Positions 51,030-63,139 are shown, numbered from the whole stretch's first letter. The stretch is 63,939 nt of DNA, filler included, from Octopus bimaculoides (GCF_001194135.2; 6 parts of 6 records of this genome joined end to end with filler, not necessarily neighbours in it), one strand, 5' to 3'. Notes: generated by a model from the sequence alone, not told the origin. Program-made: numbers and translations.

Positions 51030-52082
51030 TTTAAGTTCATTTACACTAAACATGTTGAATATGCTTATGAAAGTTCCTATTCTATTATGCTAGTTACAGC
51101 CTCTAACGATGCTAGCTGGTGATACCAGTTTTTTGGGGTTACACTGAGCTGTGCCAATATAATCTAAGATAAATATAATAATAACAATAATCTTTGCATG
51201 GAATTTATAAATACTTCAATGCATCACTATGTGCGTTTCCACAAATTCCATGTTTCTTAAGATCATAGTCCATATTCCTGGGATGATTTCAGCACAGTCA
51301 GCAATATCCATGGATATCAGGTGGTTAATGGTCATGCATTCATTTCTTCAAGTATTAAAATATTTAATTTCATTTAAGGATTATTGTTATAATCATTATT
51401 ATATGAATCTCTGTGTGTGTGCATGCATGTGTGTGTTTGTATATGTATACACTCGCATATATATATTCTTTTACTTGGAGTCATTTGACTGTGGCCATGC
51501 TGAAGCACTGCCTTGATATTAATAATCGGCAGAAGTTTCAGAATCACTCAAAGATCGAGAGTTTCATGCCCTGGTACTTATCATTAAACATAAAGTTCTT
51601 GGGCTTTGAGTCACTCTGTAAGTTCTGCCAATTATTAATAATAAAAATATATATACTCTTTTGCTGTGTCTGGGGAGAGTCATTCTCTTTTAATGCCTTA
51701 TAATTTAACACACTCACTGGCAATTATATGGCATAGCAATTATAAGGCACTAGAAGAGAATGACTCTCCCCAGACACAACAGAATATGCTTCAACACACA
51801 AACTCACATAAAGAATCTGGCAAACCAAAACCAAAAACGAAAGAAATATACTCTTGTTTTCAGTTCTACTTTCCTGTTTGCATCACCAAACACACACACA
51901 CAGACACACACACACAGACACACACACACAGACACACACACACACGTATTGATTTGATACTTGTTTATTGTCATGCAATAAATTCTTGGCTCTTGAGTCA
52001 CTTGTGTAGCTTACTACTAATAAAGCATAGTAAAAAGAGTCATTACATATAAGTATACATATAATAATATAAATAATATATG

Positions 52083-52135
<53 letters not shown>

Positions 52136-52136
52136 G

Positions 52137-52351
52137 TAGGGGCTGAACAGTTTCTGGCTTTGAGTAAAAGGAAAAAACAGGAGGATCAGTTAATTATGAT
52201 TTTATTCCACATATTCCCCTTCTCAGATTCACACACTTATTGCAGTGGTCCTTCAGTTTTTCTAAGTCCTGTAAAAGAACTCGGAAGGTTGAGCCTCCAG
52301 CCAGGTCTTTCACGATGCCCTTAAAGCCAGAAACATTTCAGCACCCACACG

Positions 52352-52353
<2 letters not shown>
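52137..52353 (-). mobile_element. Mariner-derived MITE, copy 1
   Basis: TIR GCTGAA..GTTTCTGGCTTT / AAAGCCAGAAACATTTCAGC; retains a frameshifted transposase C-terminus KCVNL.GEYVE*. Confidence 0.85.
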
Positions 52354-52390
<37 letters not shown>

Positions 52391-52393
<3 letters not shown>

Positions 52394-52599
52394 CTAAAAA
52401 GTTCTTGGCTTTGGGCTAAAAGAAAATACGAAAATACAGAAAAATCAGTTAATTATGATTTTATCCAACATATTCTCCTTTCAGATTCATACACTTATTG
52501 TAGTGGACCTTCAGTTTTTCTAAGCCCTGTTTATGAACTCAGAATGTTGGACCTCCAACCAGGCCTTTAGTGATACCCTTAAAGCCAGGAACTTTTCAG
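52391..52599 (-). mobile_element. Mariner-derived MITE, copy 2
   Basis: Same family; the minus strand encodes LKVHYNKCMNLKGEYVG*. Confidence 0.85.
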
Positions 52600-53023
52600 T
52601 GGTAATTGAATAAATCCACTTTCATGCAAGTTGAAAATGAAAGCAAAAGCAAAGTCAAATTTATATTTCAATATTTCAAGCATAAAAACTCTTTATCAAA
52701 CTTACCAAAAAAAAAACAAATGGAGGCTGAACTGACTCTCTACTGCACAGATCAGAAATTACGAAGTGGTTATTTTATGAATGCCAATATTGAAGGACAC
52801 TAGTGGCATGAAGAGACCAATAATGTTAAATCAGCTAATTAGTGTCATTTAGGCCATATCTGGTATTGCTAATGAGTAAATTTTGTTTCATTAATAAGAA
52901 TGACTTTAAAAAGCTCTGGGCTTTCCTCTCTCCTACTCTCACTCTTTCCACCTGTATGTATATACTTCTGTATGTACATGCATGTCTGTGTGTGTGGTCT
53001 AGTGGTGGTGGTGGTGGTTGTTG

Positions 53024-53057
<34 letters not shown>

Positions 53058-53268
53058 ATTTGCCTCTCGCACCAGAAAGAACTGTGCAAGCTCTACATTC
53101 AAATCCTCACTGCAGATTACCTCACTGCCTACAATAGTTTCTCAATCATTTTAAGTGTTATTGTTTGAAAAATCAATTGTTGTTGATGGAGGTGTGAGCC
53201 TCCTTAAGGTTTATATTATTTATTAAGGTCCCTAATAAAGGATATTGAGTAGCCATCATCAATTAACA

Positions 53269-53425
53269 TCACCCTTTGGAACTTTTTGGTGTTGAAAGAT
53301 CTCTTTCCCCACTTTCCTGCATCTGTTGTGTATGCAGGACAGATTTCACTTCATGCATAAGCAGTTTTGACTTTGTTAAGTAGAGTTTATGCTCCCTTAA
53401 AATAACATCTGCTGCAAAGTAGTAA
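53269..53425 (-). CDS. Candidate last exon of an unidentified gene: YYFAADVILREHKLYLTKSKLLMHEVKSVLHTQQMQESGERDLSTPKSSKG*
   Basis: Pyrimidine-rich acceptor region (alternative exon starts at 53425, 53411, 53408), open frame to TGA at 53269-53271, and AATAAA on the minus strand at 53219-53224. Confidence 0.45.
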
Positions 53426-53789
53426 CTGTCAAAGCAACAAAAAAGAATATTGGAAATTTCAGGATTAAAGAGGCTATCCTTATTAAAAACAGACTGGCTG
53501 ATTTAACACTGCCAGTTTGTGCATGTTGCAGCCACATCCCCATTCCCACCCACCTAAAAGTATTTAAAAAGAAATTTACTGTTTTGGTACTTATGAACTG
53601 TGGAGAATAGAAAACAGAGCTAGCTACATTTCCATTTTCTTTTAATAAGAAGATTTCATATATAAAATATTGAAAGATAAATAAAAACTATAAACCCCTT
53701 GTTCCTACTTTGCTTTTGTTTTTTTTTTTCACTCCACTTTAAATTTGCATCAGTGATTTTCTTAAAAGACTATATGTAAGTGTGTGTGC

Positions 53790-53824
<35 letters not shown>

Positions 53825-54140
53825 ATCATCATCNNNNNNNNNNNNNNNNNNNNNNNNNNNNNNNNNNNNNNNNNNNNNNNNNNNNNNNNNNNNNNNNNNN
53901 NNNNNNNNNNNNNNNNNNNNNNNNNNNNNNNNNNNNNNNNNNNNNNNNNNNNNNNNNNNNNNNNNNNNNNNNNNNNNNNNNNNNNNNNNNNNNNNNNNNN
54001 NNNNNNNNNNNNNNNNNNNNNNNNNNNNNNNNNNNNNNNNNNNNNNNNNNNNNNNNNNNNNNNNNNNNNNNNNNNNNNNNNNNNNNNNNNNNNNNNNNNN
54101 NNNNNNNNNNNNNNNNNNNNNNNNNNNNNNNNNNNNNNNN

Positions 54141-54456
54141 GCCTAGTACTTGTTCTATCAGTTTCTTTTGCCGAACCGCTAAGTTACGGGGACGTAAACA
54201 CACCAACATCAGTTGTCATGCGATGTTGGGGGGGACAAACACAGACACACAAACATATACACACACACACATATATATATATATATACATATATACAACA
54301 GGCTTCTTTCAGTTTCCGTCTACCAAATCCACTCACAAGGCTTTGGTCGGCCCAAAGCTGTAGTAGCAGACACTTACCCAAGGTGCTACACAGTGGGACT
54401 GAACCTGGAAGCATGTAGTTGGTAAGCAAGCTACTTACTATACAGCTACTCCTGCG

Positions 54457-54457
<1 letters not shown>
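54141..54457 (-). mobile_element. Family A SINE with CpG decay, cut by a gap
   Basis: Head GCGCAGGAGTAGCTGTATAGTAAGTAGCTTGCTTACC, with internal (TA/TG)n at the usual site. Confidence 0.9.
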
Positions 54458-54487
<30 letters not shown>

Positions 54488-54489
<2 letters not shown>

Positions 54490-54688
54490 GTGGCACGTAA
54501 AAGCACCCACTACACTCTCAGAGTGGTTAGGGTTAGGAAGGGCATCCAGCTGTAGAAACTCTGCCAAATCAGATTGGAGCCTGGTGTAGCCATCTGGTTT
54601 CACCAGTCCTCAGTCAAATCGTCCAACCCATGCTAGAATGGAAAGCAGACGTTAAACGATGATGATGATGATGATGATGATGATGATA
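54488..54688 (+). mobile_element. 3' end of an RTE-type LINE or SINE ending in (GAT)n
   Basis: GGGTGGCACGTAAAAGCACCC...GGAAGGGCATCCAGCTGTAGAAA...GGAAAGCAGACGTTAAACGATGATGAT. A related fragment lies on the minus strand near 48195-48250. Confidence 0.65.
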
Positions 54689-54905
54689 AATATAATTGCA
54701 GCGTGGAAGGTGTTTATAAGTCATTTAAGAAACACACAAAAACCGTTAGATTCACTTCTACATTTAAATTTAATTTGCCAAAATATTTTCGTTGCTTTGA
54801 GACTGTGACCTGTTTGCTGACAAAATTCCATGCTACAACTGATTTCAAATCACGATCTCAAATCAGGTCAGGTCACTTGCTATGCAAGTACATCTCTGTA
54901 ATATA

Positions 54906-54947
<42 letters not shown>

Positions 54948-54967
54948 GTGAGAGAGTTAGGGGTTGG

Positions 54968-55067
54968 NNNNNNNNNNNNNNNNNNNNNNNNNNNNNNNNN
55001 NNNNNNNNNNNTTAATTAATTAANNNNNNNNNNNNNNNNNNNNNNNNNNNNNNNNNNNNNNNNNNNN
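54968..55067. other. Artificial assembly join N44-TTAATTAATTAA-N44
   Basis: 12-mer at 55012-55023. Confidence 0.92.
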
Positions 55068-55334
55068 CACCACACACAACCACACCACACCACCACACCA
55101 CACACCACCACACCACGGACCACCACACCACACACCACGGACCACCACACCACACACCACTATACCACACCACACCACACCACATCACATGACGCCACAC
55201 ACACTAGTACTGACCACTTTCCAGCACCCACACCAGCGCACATACTAGCACTGACCACTTCCCTGCACCTACACCATCATCCACACAACTACACATGCAC
55301 ACGCACGTGTCACAAGCCCCCTTCTACACGTACA

Positions 55335-55625
55335 TACACGCTCTCACATACACACGCACGCGTACCTTCGTTTTGAGATCACCACTACTTTATTATCTCC
55401 CCTTTTTCCTAGCCTCCTGTGTGACCCCTCTGTCCGGCATTCACCATGATAGATCGCTAGCCACTAAACCTTTTTCGATTTTCTCTCCTTGTTTATCTCT
55501 GTGTACCTTTCTGTCGAAGAGCGTAGCTCGAAATGTAAAAGACTTTCTCAATTCCCGAGCGTTAAAGTAATACATCTGTTTGTTGTTTACAGACCCGTCT
55601 TCGTCTTTCTTTTGTAAATTCTCAA
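55335..55625 (+). mobile_element. Penelope-type repeat tail with hammerhead-like motif
   Basis: CTGTCGAAGAGCGTAGCTCGAAATGTA at 55511-55537, followed by TTCCCGAGCGTT; related to 63165-63325 and 43830-43860. Confidence 0.55.
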
Positions 55626-57748
55626 TATATATANNNNNNNNNNNNNNNNNNNNNNNNNNNNNNNNNNNNNNNNNNNNNNNNNNNNNNNNNNNNNNNNNNN
55701 NNNNNNNNNNNNNNNNNNNNNNNNNNNNNNNNNNNNNNNNNNNNNNNNNNNNNNNNNNNNNNNNNNNNNNNNNNNNNNNNNNNNNNNNNNNNNNNNNNNN
55801 NNNNNNNNNNNNNNNNNNNNNNNNNNNNNNNNNNNNNNNNNNNNNNNNNNNNNNNNNNNNNNNNNNNNNNNNNNNNNNNNNNNNNNNNNNNNNNNNNNNN
55901 NNNNNNNNNNNNNNNNNNNNNNNNNNNNNNNNNNNNNNNNNNNNNNNNNNNNNNNNNNNNNNNNNNNNNNNNNNNNNNNNNNNNNNNNNNNNNNNNNNNN
56001 NNNNNNNNNNNNNNNNNNNNNNNNNNNNNNNNNNNNNNNNNNNNNNNNNNNNNNNNNNNNNNNNNNNNNNNNNNNNNNNNNNNNNNNNNNNNNNNNNNNN
56101 NNNNNNNNNNNNNNNNNNNNNNNNNNNNNNNNNNNNNNNNNNNNNNNNNNNNNNNNNNNNNNNNNNNNNNNNNNNNNNNNNNNNNNNNNNNNNNNNNNNN
56201 NNNNNNNNNNNNNNNNNNNNNNNNNNNNNNNNNNNNNNNNNNNNNNNNNNNNNNNNNNNNNNNNNNNNNNNNNNNNNNNNNNNNNNNNNNNNNNNNNNNN
56301 NNNNNNNNNNNNNNNNNNNNNNNNNNNNNNNNNNNNNNNNNNNNNNNNNNNNNNNNNNNNNNNNNNNNNNNNNNNNNNNNNNNNNNNNNNNNNNNNNNNN
56401 NNNNNNNNNNNNNNNNNNNNNNNNNNNNNNNNNNNNNNNNNNNNNNNNNNNNNNNNNNNNNNNNNNNNNNNNNNNNNNNNNNNNNNNNNTATATATATAT
56501 AAATACGAACCTCTTATTTCTTGGAATACTGGATCTCGGAGCAGGTAAAATTTATGCATAATAATATCGACTTTTTCCGTTTCACAAGGTTTTCAACCCA
56601 ATATTTATGAGCTGTTATTTATAGCTGTATGTGCTTCGAGATCCGCTGTTTAAACATATATAATATATAAATTCTTATGACGTCAACAACATACAATTAT
56701 GGCTGGGAGGAATCAAGTTTCTAAAATGAATAGTGAAAGTCGAAAGATTGTACTGTTTGAAAGAATTATTTCACGTTCTCTCGAAAGTTTAATAATTCTT
56801 AAGACATCAACAATATCTTTTGTTATTTTTGATTGGTAGAAAGTTGCAAATGTGACTCAAGGGATGAAAGTTTCGTGCACAGCACTTATTAAAATGACTT
56901 TAAACCTGACAGTGAATTACAATTATTTCTGGTGCTTTCGTTTAGAAATTAACATTGGAGTGTGATTTGCATGAAAACATTAAAGGTGTAAATGAAGTGA
57001 AATGGATTCAATTAGGAATTGAAGTCATAATTCGCTAGAGCTTGCTTTTTACTCTTCATTGTAATTCGCTAGAGCTTACTTTTACTGTTCATCGGCCTTC
57101 CAGTATGACTCACGAGTCAACAAGAGAGCCTTTACGACCCACTGTTAATAAGATCCCAAATCCCTGAAACCATATCCTATAGTCATAAAAATGTAAAATA
57201 GAAAAGAAGGTAAAAGGAATTTTCAGACTCTGTAGTCTTAGATATGCAACTGGTACGAGATAGACCAGCACAACAACCATGGATGACCTGATACTAAACA
57301 ACAACACTAATACACCGCTAATCGGACTAATACTACAGTTATTGAGTTGCGTTTGACAAAGCACTAGCTCTGAACTCATGACATTATGAAGTCGGCCGAT
57401 TCTAAAAGACTTCATTAATGTAAGTGAAAATTGAATCAGTCGAAAATCCCAATCTCAAGTCGTGAGTTCAGTTCGCTACATGATACTAAGGTATAGAATA
57501 TGTGATGCTAAGTCGTTCATTGTTTTCTTTCATGACATTAACGGTGAAAAGTGAAGTGAAATGGTTACTGCTTAAGACTGAAACCGTGTTGTGTGGTACC
57601 AGTTTACCGGGTTGCCTACCACTTGCTCTACAGACATTAGCTCACCACCCGTACACTGTTCTCTTGTTGATACAGCTATTGCTACTGCTGTTATACCGTT
57701 TGCTGTTACCGCAGCAGCTGTTACTATCTTTGCTAATGATATTTCACG

Positions 57749-57781
<33 letters not shown>

Positions 57782-58289
57782 TCCTTCTGATGTTTTATGA
57801 CCACGGTATGCTGTAGCAGAGTTAATAAAGCTATCTTTATATAAATAATTAATTAGTTCTTATCTTTGATCCATTCTTCCTCCACTTCAATAATGGCAGC
57901 AACAGTAGGAGAAGTGGCAGTAGCAGTAGCAGCAGCAGCAGTAGAGGTGGTAGTTCATCTGCAATGAGTGCAGCAGCAATTTGCTTAAGTAGTAACAGCA
58001 ACAGCAGTAATAACAAAGAGACTCTATGTGGTCATTCCAGTTGGTAGAAATAATAGCCATATTCTATTCAAATCACACTCTAACGGGGGCGGGGGTTCTT
58101 TCAAGATGGATTATATGGATTATACACTGTATCTAAAAACTAGCTATCATGGGATGGTCAGGTGCGGGATATGTTTTTGATCATTGGCCTACAAGGTCAG
58201 AGAACAACAACGATATTAATAGCAACAAGGACGGTTACAGAAAGAGCAGCAGCGGAAATATAGTAAAATAGTTACGCCAGTAATAACTG

Positions 58290-59165
58290 TTCTTAACATA
58301 GGCACAAAGTAAAAAATCTGATGGATGGTAACATTCAATTTACACCAGCCAAGTAATCTGACGGGTATCATTTTATAGGCTTCAGAAAAACGAAAGGCAA
58401 AGTTGACCATGACAGCATTTGAACTTAAATACTGCAATCCACGTTGTCACACGTTCTAACAATTCTATAAATAGACCACCCTCACCAAGAATAGCAACAA
58501 TTATTTCAAGCATGTGCGCATGACCAAAAATTTCTGGAGAGAAATTAGACAATTACATGGACTAAATGTACTTGACAGGTACTTGTCATGTTGGTCTTGG
58601 GAGTAAGGCAAAGTCGACCGCGTCAGGATTTGAGCTCAGGCTGTAACTAACAATGATTTTTAACTGAAGCACAGGCCAGTAATTTGCAAGGAAAGGGTTA
58701 TTTCAATAAGTACCTAACTGTTACTTTATTGCTTCGACTCCGAAAGGATGAAACGAAAAATTGAACTTTGGACGTAATGAGTAGGATCAAATACCGCAAA
58801 GCATTTTTGGAGCTGACGTTATATTGATTCGGCCAGTAAACAATAACAGTTTCTATTTCAGACACCAAGTCAAGAGATAGAAGTAGTCGATATTATCGTT
58901 CACTCCTCTTGACTGCTGCTTTATTTTGTCGACCCCAAAAGGACGAAAGGCAAAGTCGACCTCAGCAGGATTTGAGCTCAAAATGTAAAGACCCGGAATA
59001 CCACATTTTTCTGACACAGAAACGGTTCTGCCAACTCCCTGCTCTTTTTAATATTGGTTTCAAATTTTGGCATAAGGTGAGAAAGTTCGGGGGAGAGGGT
59101 AAGTCGATTACCACGAGCCCTCAACTAGTATTTATTTCATCGACCCTACGAAAGGATAAAAGGTG
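58290..59165 (-). mobile_element. Cluster of at least five co-oriented family B SINE fragments
   Basis: Repeated AAAGGCAAAGTxGACC / CGACCCCxAAAGGAxGAAAGG blocks near 58390, 58610, 58740, 58935 and 59140. Confidence 0.8.
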
Positions 59166-59830
59166 AAAGTACACACACGAAAGATAAACATTTATCACTC
59201 TCGTGTTTCCATCATCAGTTCTATGCAGCTAAGATGGATTTCTACTACTGACCTTGAGCAGTAAAAAGTGGTTGGTAAATTGTGACGCCCATGTCACCTG
59301 CCAGAGAATAAAAGAAATAGCTACATTAAGAAATCGAACTCGGCTGGCATTTGTTAAGAACTTACTACCATCGAACACTGTAGAACATTTAACGAATGAA
59401 AAAGTGAGATCTCTTTGTTAGTACTGACTGAAATAGGAGCTAAATGTCCCTCAGTTCACACCGTGTAATCTTATACAAAGAAAAATGAATCGGGATGAGC
59501 ACTAGATATACTATATTTGAAAATGAGACGAGATAGTCAAAAGTATAATACCTTTGATCGTAGATTAGCTTAAGTAAAGCAGACCATTAATCAAACATCA
59601 CCAATGTACTCCATGACAGTCTTTCTTACTCGATATAATAACTCTAAATTACACTATTACACCAGATGAAATATAAGTAACTTTTTGGAAAGCAACATTA
59701 AAATTAATTGTCATCTGATAAAGCCACACACACACACATATATATATATATAAATACAGATAGGTAATAACCTACTATATACATATAAATACATACAAAC
59801 ATACGTATATACATACATACATAAATACAT

Positions 59831-59885
<55 letters not shown>

Positions 59886-60171
59886 TATATACAACTCTTT
59901 CTTCCACTTCCTTCCTAACGACAAGACGTCTCTTCTCGAAGCTCGTTTTTCCAGCGTTTACCACTTCACATCGTCTTGGCTTAAGAGCTCTCATCGTTTG
60001 TTTTTACTGTTTTTTTCTTACTGTCCTGTTATTGTTACCACTTTAACCCTCCGCAAAAAAACCCAAATTTTATTTAATTTGCTTTGCGGGAAGGGCTGTT
60101 TTAACGAAGTTGCATCTTGTCTCTACCTTCGAAACGCGGAGTAGATAAAACAGGGGACAACTGATGAAGGA

Positions 60172-60271
60172 NNNNNNNNNNNNNNNNNNNNNNNNNNNNN
60201 NNNNNNNNNNNNNNNTTAATTAATTAANNNNNNNNNNNNNNNNNNNNNNNNNNNNNNNNNNNNNNNNNNNN
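60172..60271. other. Artificial assembly join N44-TTAATTAATTAA-N44
   Basis: 12-mer at 60216-60227. Confidence 0.92.
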
Positions 60272-60446
60272 TTTTCATATTTTTCTATGGCTAAATAAAA
60301 GTTCCTAAATCTAAAGAAACTGTGAGGAACCCTATACGCAAATTAAGAAGAGGAAAATCTGGATTAAAGGATAGAAGTAGAAGATAGTCGTGTTTCCAAT
60401 ACAGTATGTTTGAACGAAGCATTTCTCACCTATTTACAAACCATAG

Positions 60447-60447
<1 letters not shown>

Positions 60448-60534
<87 letters not shown>
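60448..60534. repeat. (GATA)n microsatellite
   Basis: Directly visible. Confidence 0.98.
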
Positions 60535-60535
<1 letters not shown>

Positions 60536-61267
60536 TGTACGAATTTATTTGTATGCATATAAAGTGTGTGTGAGTGTGTATGTGTGAGCGTGTATGGGCG
60601 CGTATGTGTGTGTACTTTAGAGCATGCATGTGAATGTGTAAAAGACAAAGAAAATGTAATGTCATCTGAAATTATTAATATTCGGATTTAATAAATCCAA
60701 TAGATTTAATATAGTCTGGCTGCACGAGAAATTATCGCCTCAGTCTACATGAGCTAAACAAGTCTTGTGTGTTTATGATTTCTTGCTTTTCACTAATGTA
60801 TTTATTTACTGCACTGAAATATATTTTTTTAAAAATGGTAACAAAATAGAGGGAAAAAAATAATAACACGAATGAAGTTTTTGTTTAAAGCTAAAAGAAA
60901 AGTGAAAGAAATATTATGGCGTAAAAATGTTTGTAAAAAATAAAAGAGATGAAAGACGAAAAGCATATGAAATGTAGATGAAGAACGTGGTGGTAGGAAT
61001 ACGTATTAGAAATGTCTCTATGAGTGTTTAAATATGTAACTGAAATTTTTAGTGAATTATGAAGAAATCATGTAAATATAATAAAAGAATAGCTTCACCT
61101 CCTCCTGACCGGTCGTGATTTTGAATTTCAATCAAAAGAATCTTCATGTCTGACATTTTTGTTAATATTTTTTATCTTGCTTTTATTTTTGTATCGTTTC
61201 ATTTCGTTTTGTTTTGTTTTGTTTTGTATGTATTTCTTATTCAACTCTTCGTCCTTCCTTCATCAAG

Positions 61268-61329
61268 TTATGTTAAGGCAGATGTTGATAAAATAAATCA
61301 GTTTTTAACATTGTACAAACGCCTGCAGG
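61268..61329 (+). CDS. Candidate 62-nt internal exon: (S)YVKADVDKINQFLTLYKRLQ(G)
   Basis: Acceptor TCTTCGTCCTTCCTTCATCAAG after a long pyrimidine tract; donor AGG|GTATGT; only phase 2-1 is open. Confidence 0.42.
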
Positions 61330-61979
61330 GTATGTCATCGTCCCAGCATATATAGCGTAATTGGTGCAAGATTTTTAAAAACATGGCGTCGACCATCATG
61401 TTTTTCTGAGTACGCTACTTCGCTATCAAACCACAATAAAATGATACAATATAGATAAGGACAAATATTTCAGAACAATCGACATAAATACAAATGCGGT
61501 AGGCTGTCACATATATAATATCGTGAATTAAAAGTAATTTTGATCAACTGAGATTAGCCAAGCAAAAACTCCTAGTGGATTTTAAAATCTAAAGACAAAT
61601 CTAAAATCAACCACGGGTACATTTTCAAAATCTCATTTTATGGAAATTTTGGACATTATAGACAACATAGATTGTTGTGGAACTGGTCTTCAAAGCATCG
61701 GACACGTTCCGGATCCAGATAATTAATCCTATCTAGTAACGCATATTCTAATATATATATTAGAATATATATATGTATATATATATATATATATATGTAT
61801 GTATGCATACATATATGTACATATATGCATACATATATGTACATATATATATTTATATGTAAGTATAAAAGCATGTAACTGTGTATTAACACTTCGGTTG
61901 ATAACCGAAGAATTAGAGTTTTTTGTGTCTGTCCTACGTAAACGTTTTTTAGTATTTAATGCATTTTTCGTTTATATAC

Positions 61980-62017
<38 letters not shown>

Positions 62018-62117
62018 NNNNNNNNNNNNNNNNNNNNNNNNNNNNNNNNNNNNNNNNNNNNTTAATTAATTAANNNNNNNNNNNNNNNNNNNNNNNNNNN
62101 NNNNNNNNNNNNNNNNN
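62018..62117. other. Artificial assembly join N44-TTAATTAATTAA-N44
   Basis: 12-mer at 62062-62073. Confidence 0.92.
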
Positions 62118-62156
<39 letters not shown>

Positions 62157-62987
62157 AGTATCTGTCTACAGTATCGAAATGGTGTACATATACATGTATA
62201 TGTATATATATACATCACTCTCTCTTTCTCTTTCTCTCTTTCTCTCTCTCTCTTTCTCTCTTTCTCTCCCTGTGAAAGTATCTGTCACTACAGTATCGAA
62301 ATGTGATTGTTTCAGTTAGTGGAATAGTTTCATTTTTAAAGTGAAAGTATTTGACATGAGTGTTTTTGTTTCACTTTTGACACGTAATACTTAAATAGTG
62401 GAGGAGATATTATNNNNNNNNNNNNNNNNNNNNNNNNNNNNNNNNNNNNNNNNNNNNNNNNNNNNNNNNNNNNNNNNNNNNNNNNNNNNNNNNNNNNNNN
62501 NNNNNNNNNNNNNNNNNNNNNNNNNNNNNNNNNNNNNNNNNNNNNNNNNNNNNNNNNNNNNNNNNNNNNNNNNNNNNNNNNNNNNNNNNNNNNNNNNNNN
62601 NNNNNNNNNNNNNNNNNNNNNNNNNNNNNNNNNNNNNNNNNNNNNNNNNNNNNNNNNNNNNNNNNNNNNNNNNNNNNNNNNNNNNNNNNNNNNNNNNNNN
62701 NNNNNNNNNNNNNNNNNNNNNNNNNNNNNNNNNNNNNNNNNNNNNNNNNNNNNNNNNNNNNNNNNNNNNNNNNNNNNNNNNNNNNNNNNNNNNNNNNNNN
62801 NNNNNNNNNNNNNNNNNNNNNNNNNNNNNNNNNNNNNNNNNNNNNNNNNNNNNNNNNNNNNNNNNNNNNNNNNNNNNNNNNNNNNNNNNNNNNNNNNNNN
62901 NNNNNNNNNNNNNNNNNNNNNNNNNNNNNNNNNNNNNNNNNNNNNNNNNNNNNNNNNNNNNNNNNNNNNNNNNNNNNNNNNNNNNAG

Positions 62988-63070
62988 AACTCATCCGACA
63001 GCCCGGTCCAGTAGTCGAACTCACTGCCTCGTGATTGTGACCCCGACGCTCTAACCATTGAGCTATGTGC

Positions 63071-63075
<5 letters not shown>
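62988..63075 (-). mobile_element. tRNA-like head of a third SINE family
   Basis: GCACATAGCTCAATGGTTAGAGCGTCGGGGTCACAATCACGAGGCAGTGAGTTCGACTACTGG has A and B boxes but no paired acceptor stem. Confidence 0.7.

Positions 63076-63139
<64 letters not shown>

Noticed and set aside
60121-60171. Circularly permuted hammerhead (CCTTC-GAAAC..GTA..CTGATGA-AGG)
   Set aside because: Both core halves and a GUA triplet are present, but stem I does not pair and stem II runs into the join, so it cannot be supported.
62988-63075. Functional tRNA gene
   Set aside because: It has A and B boxes but no paired acceptor stem; it is a SINE head.
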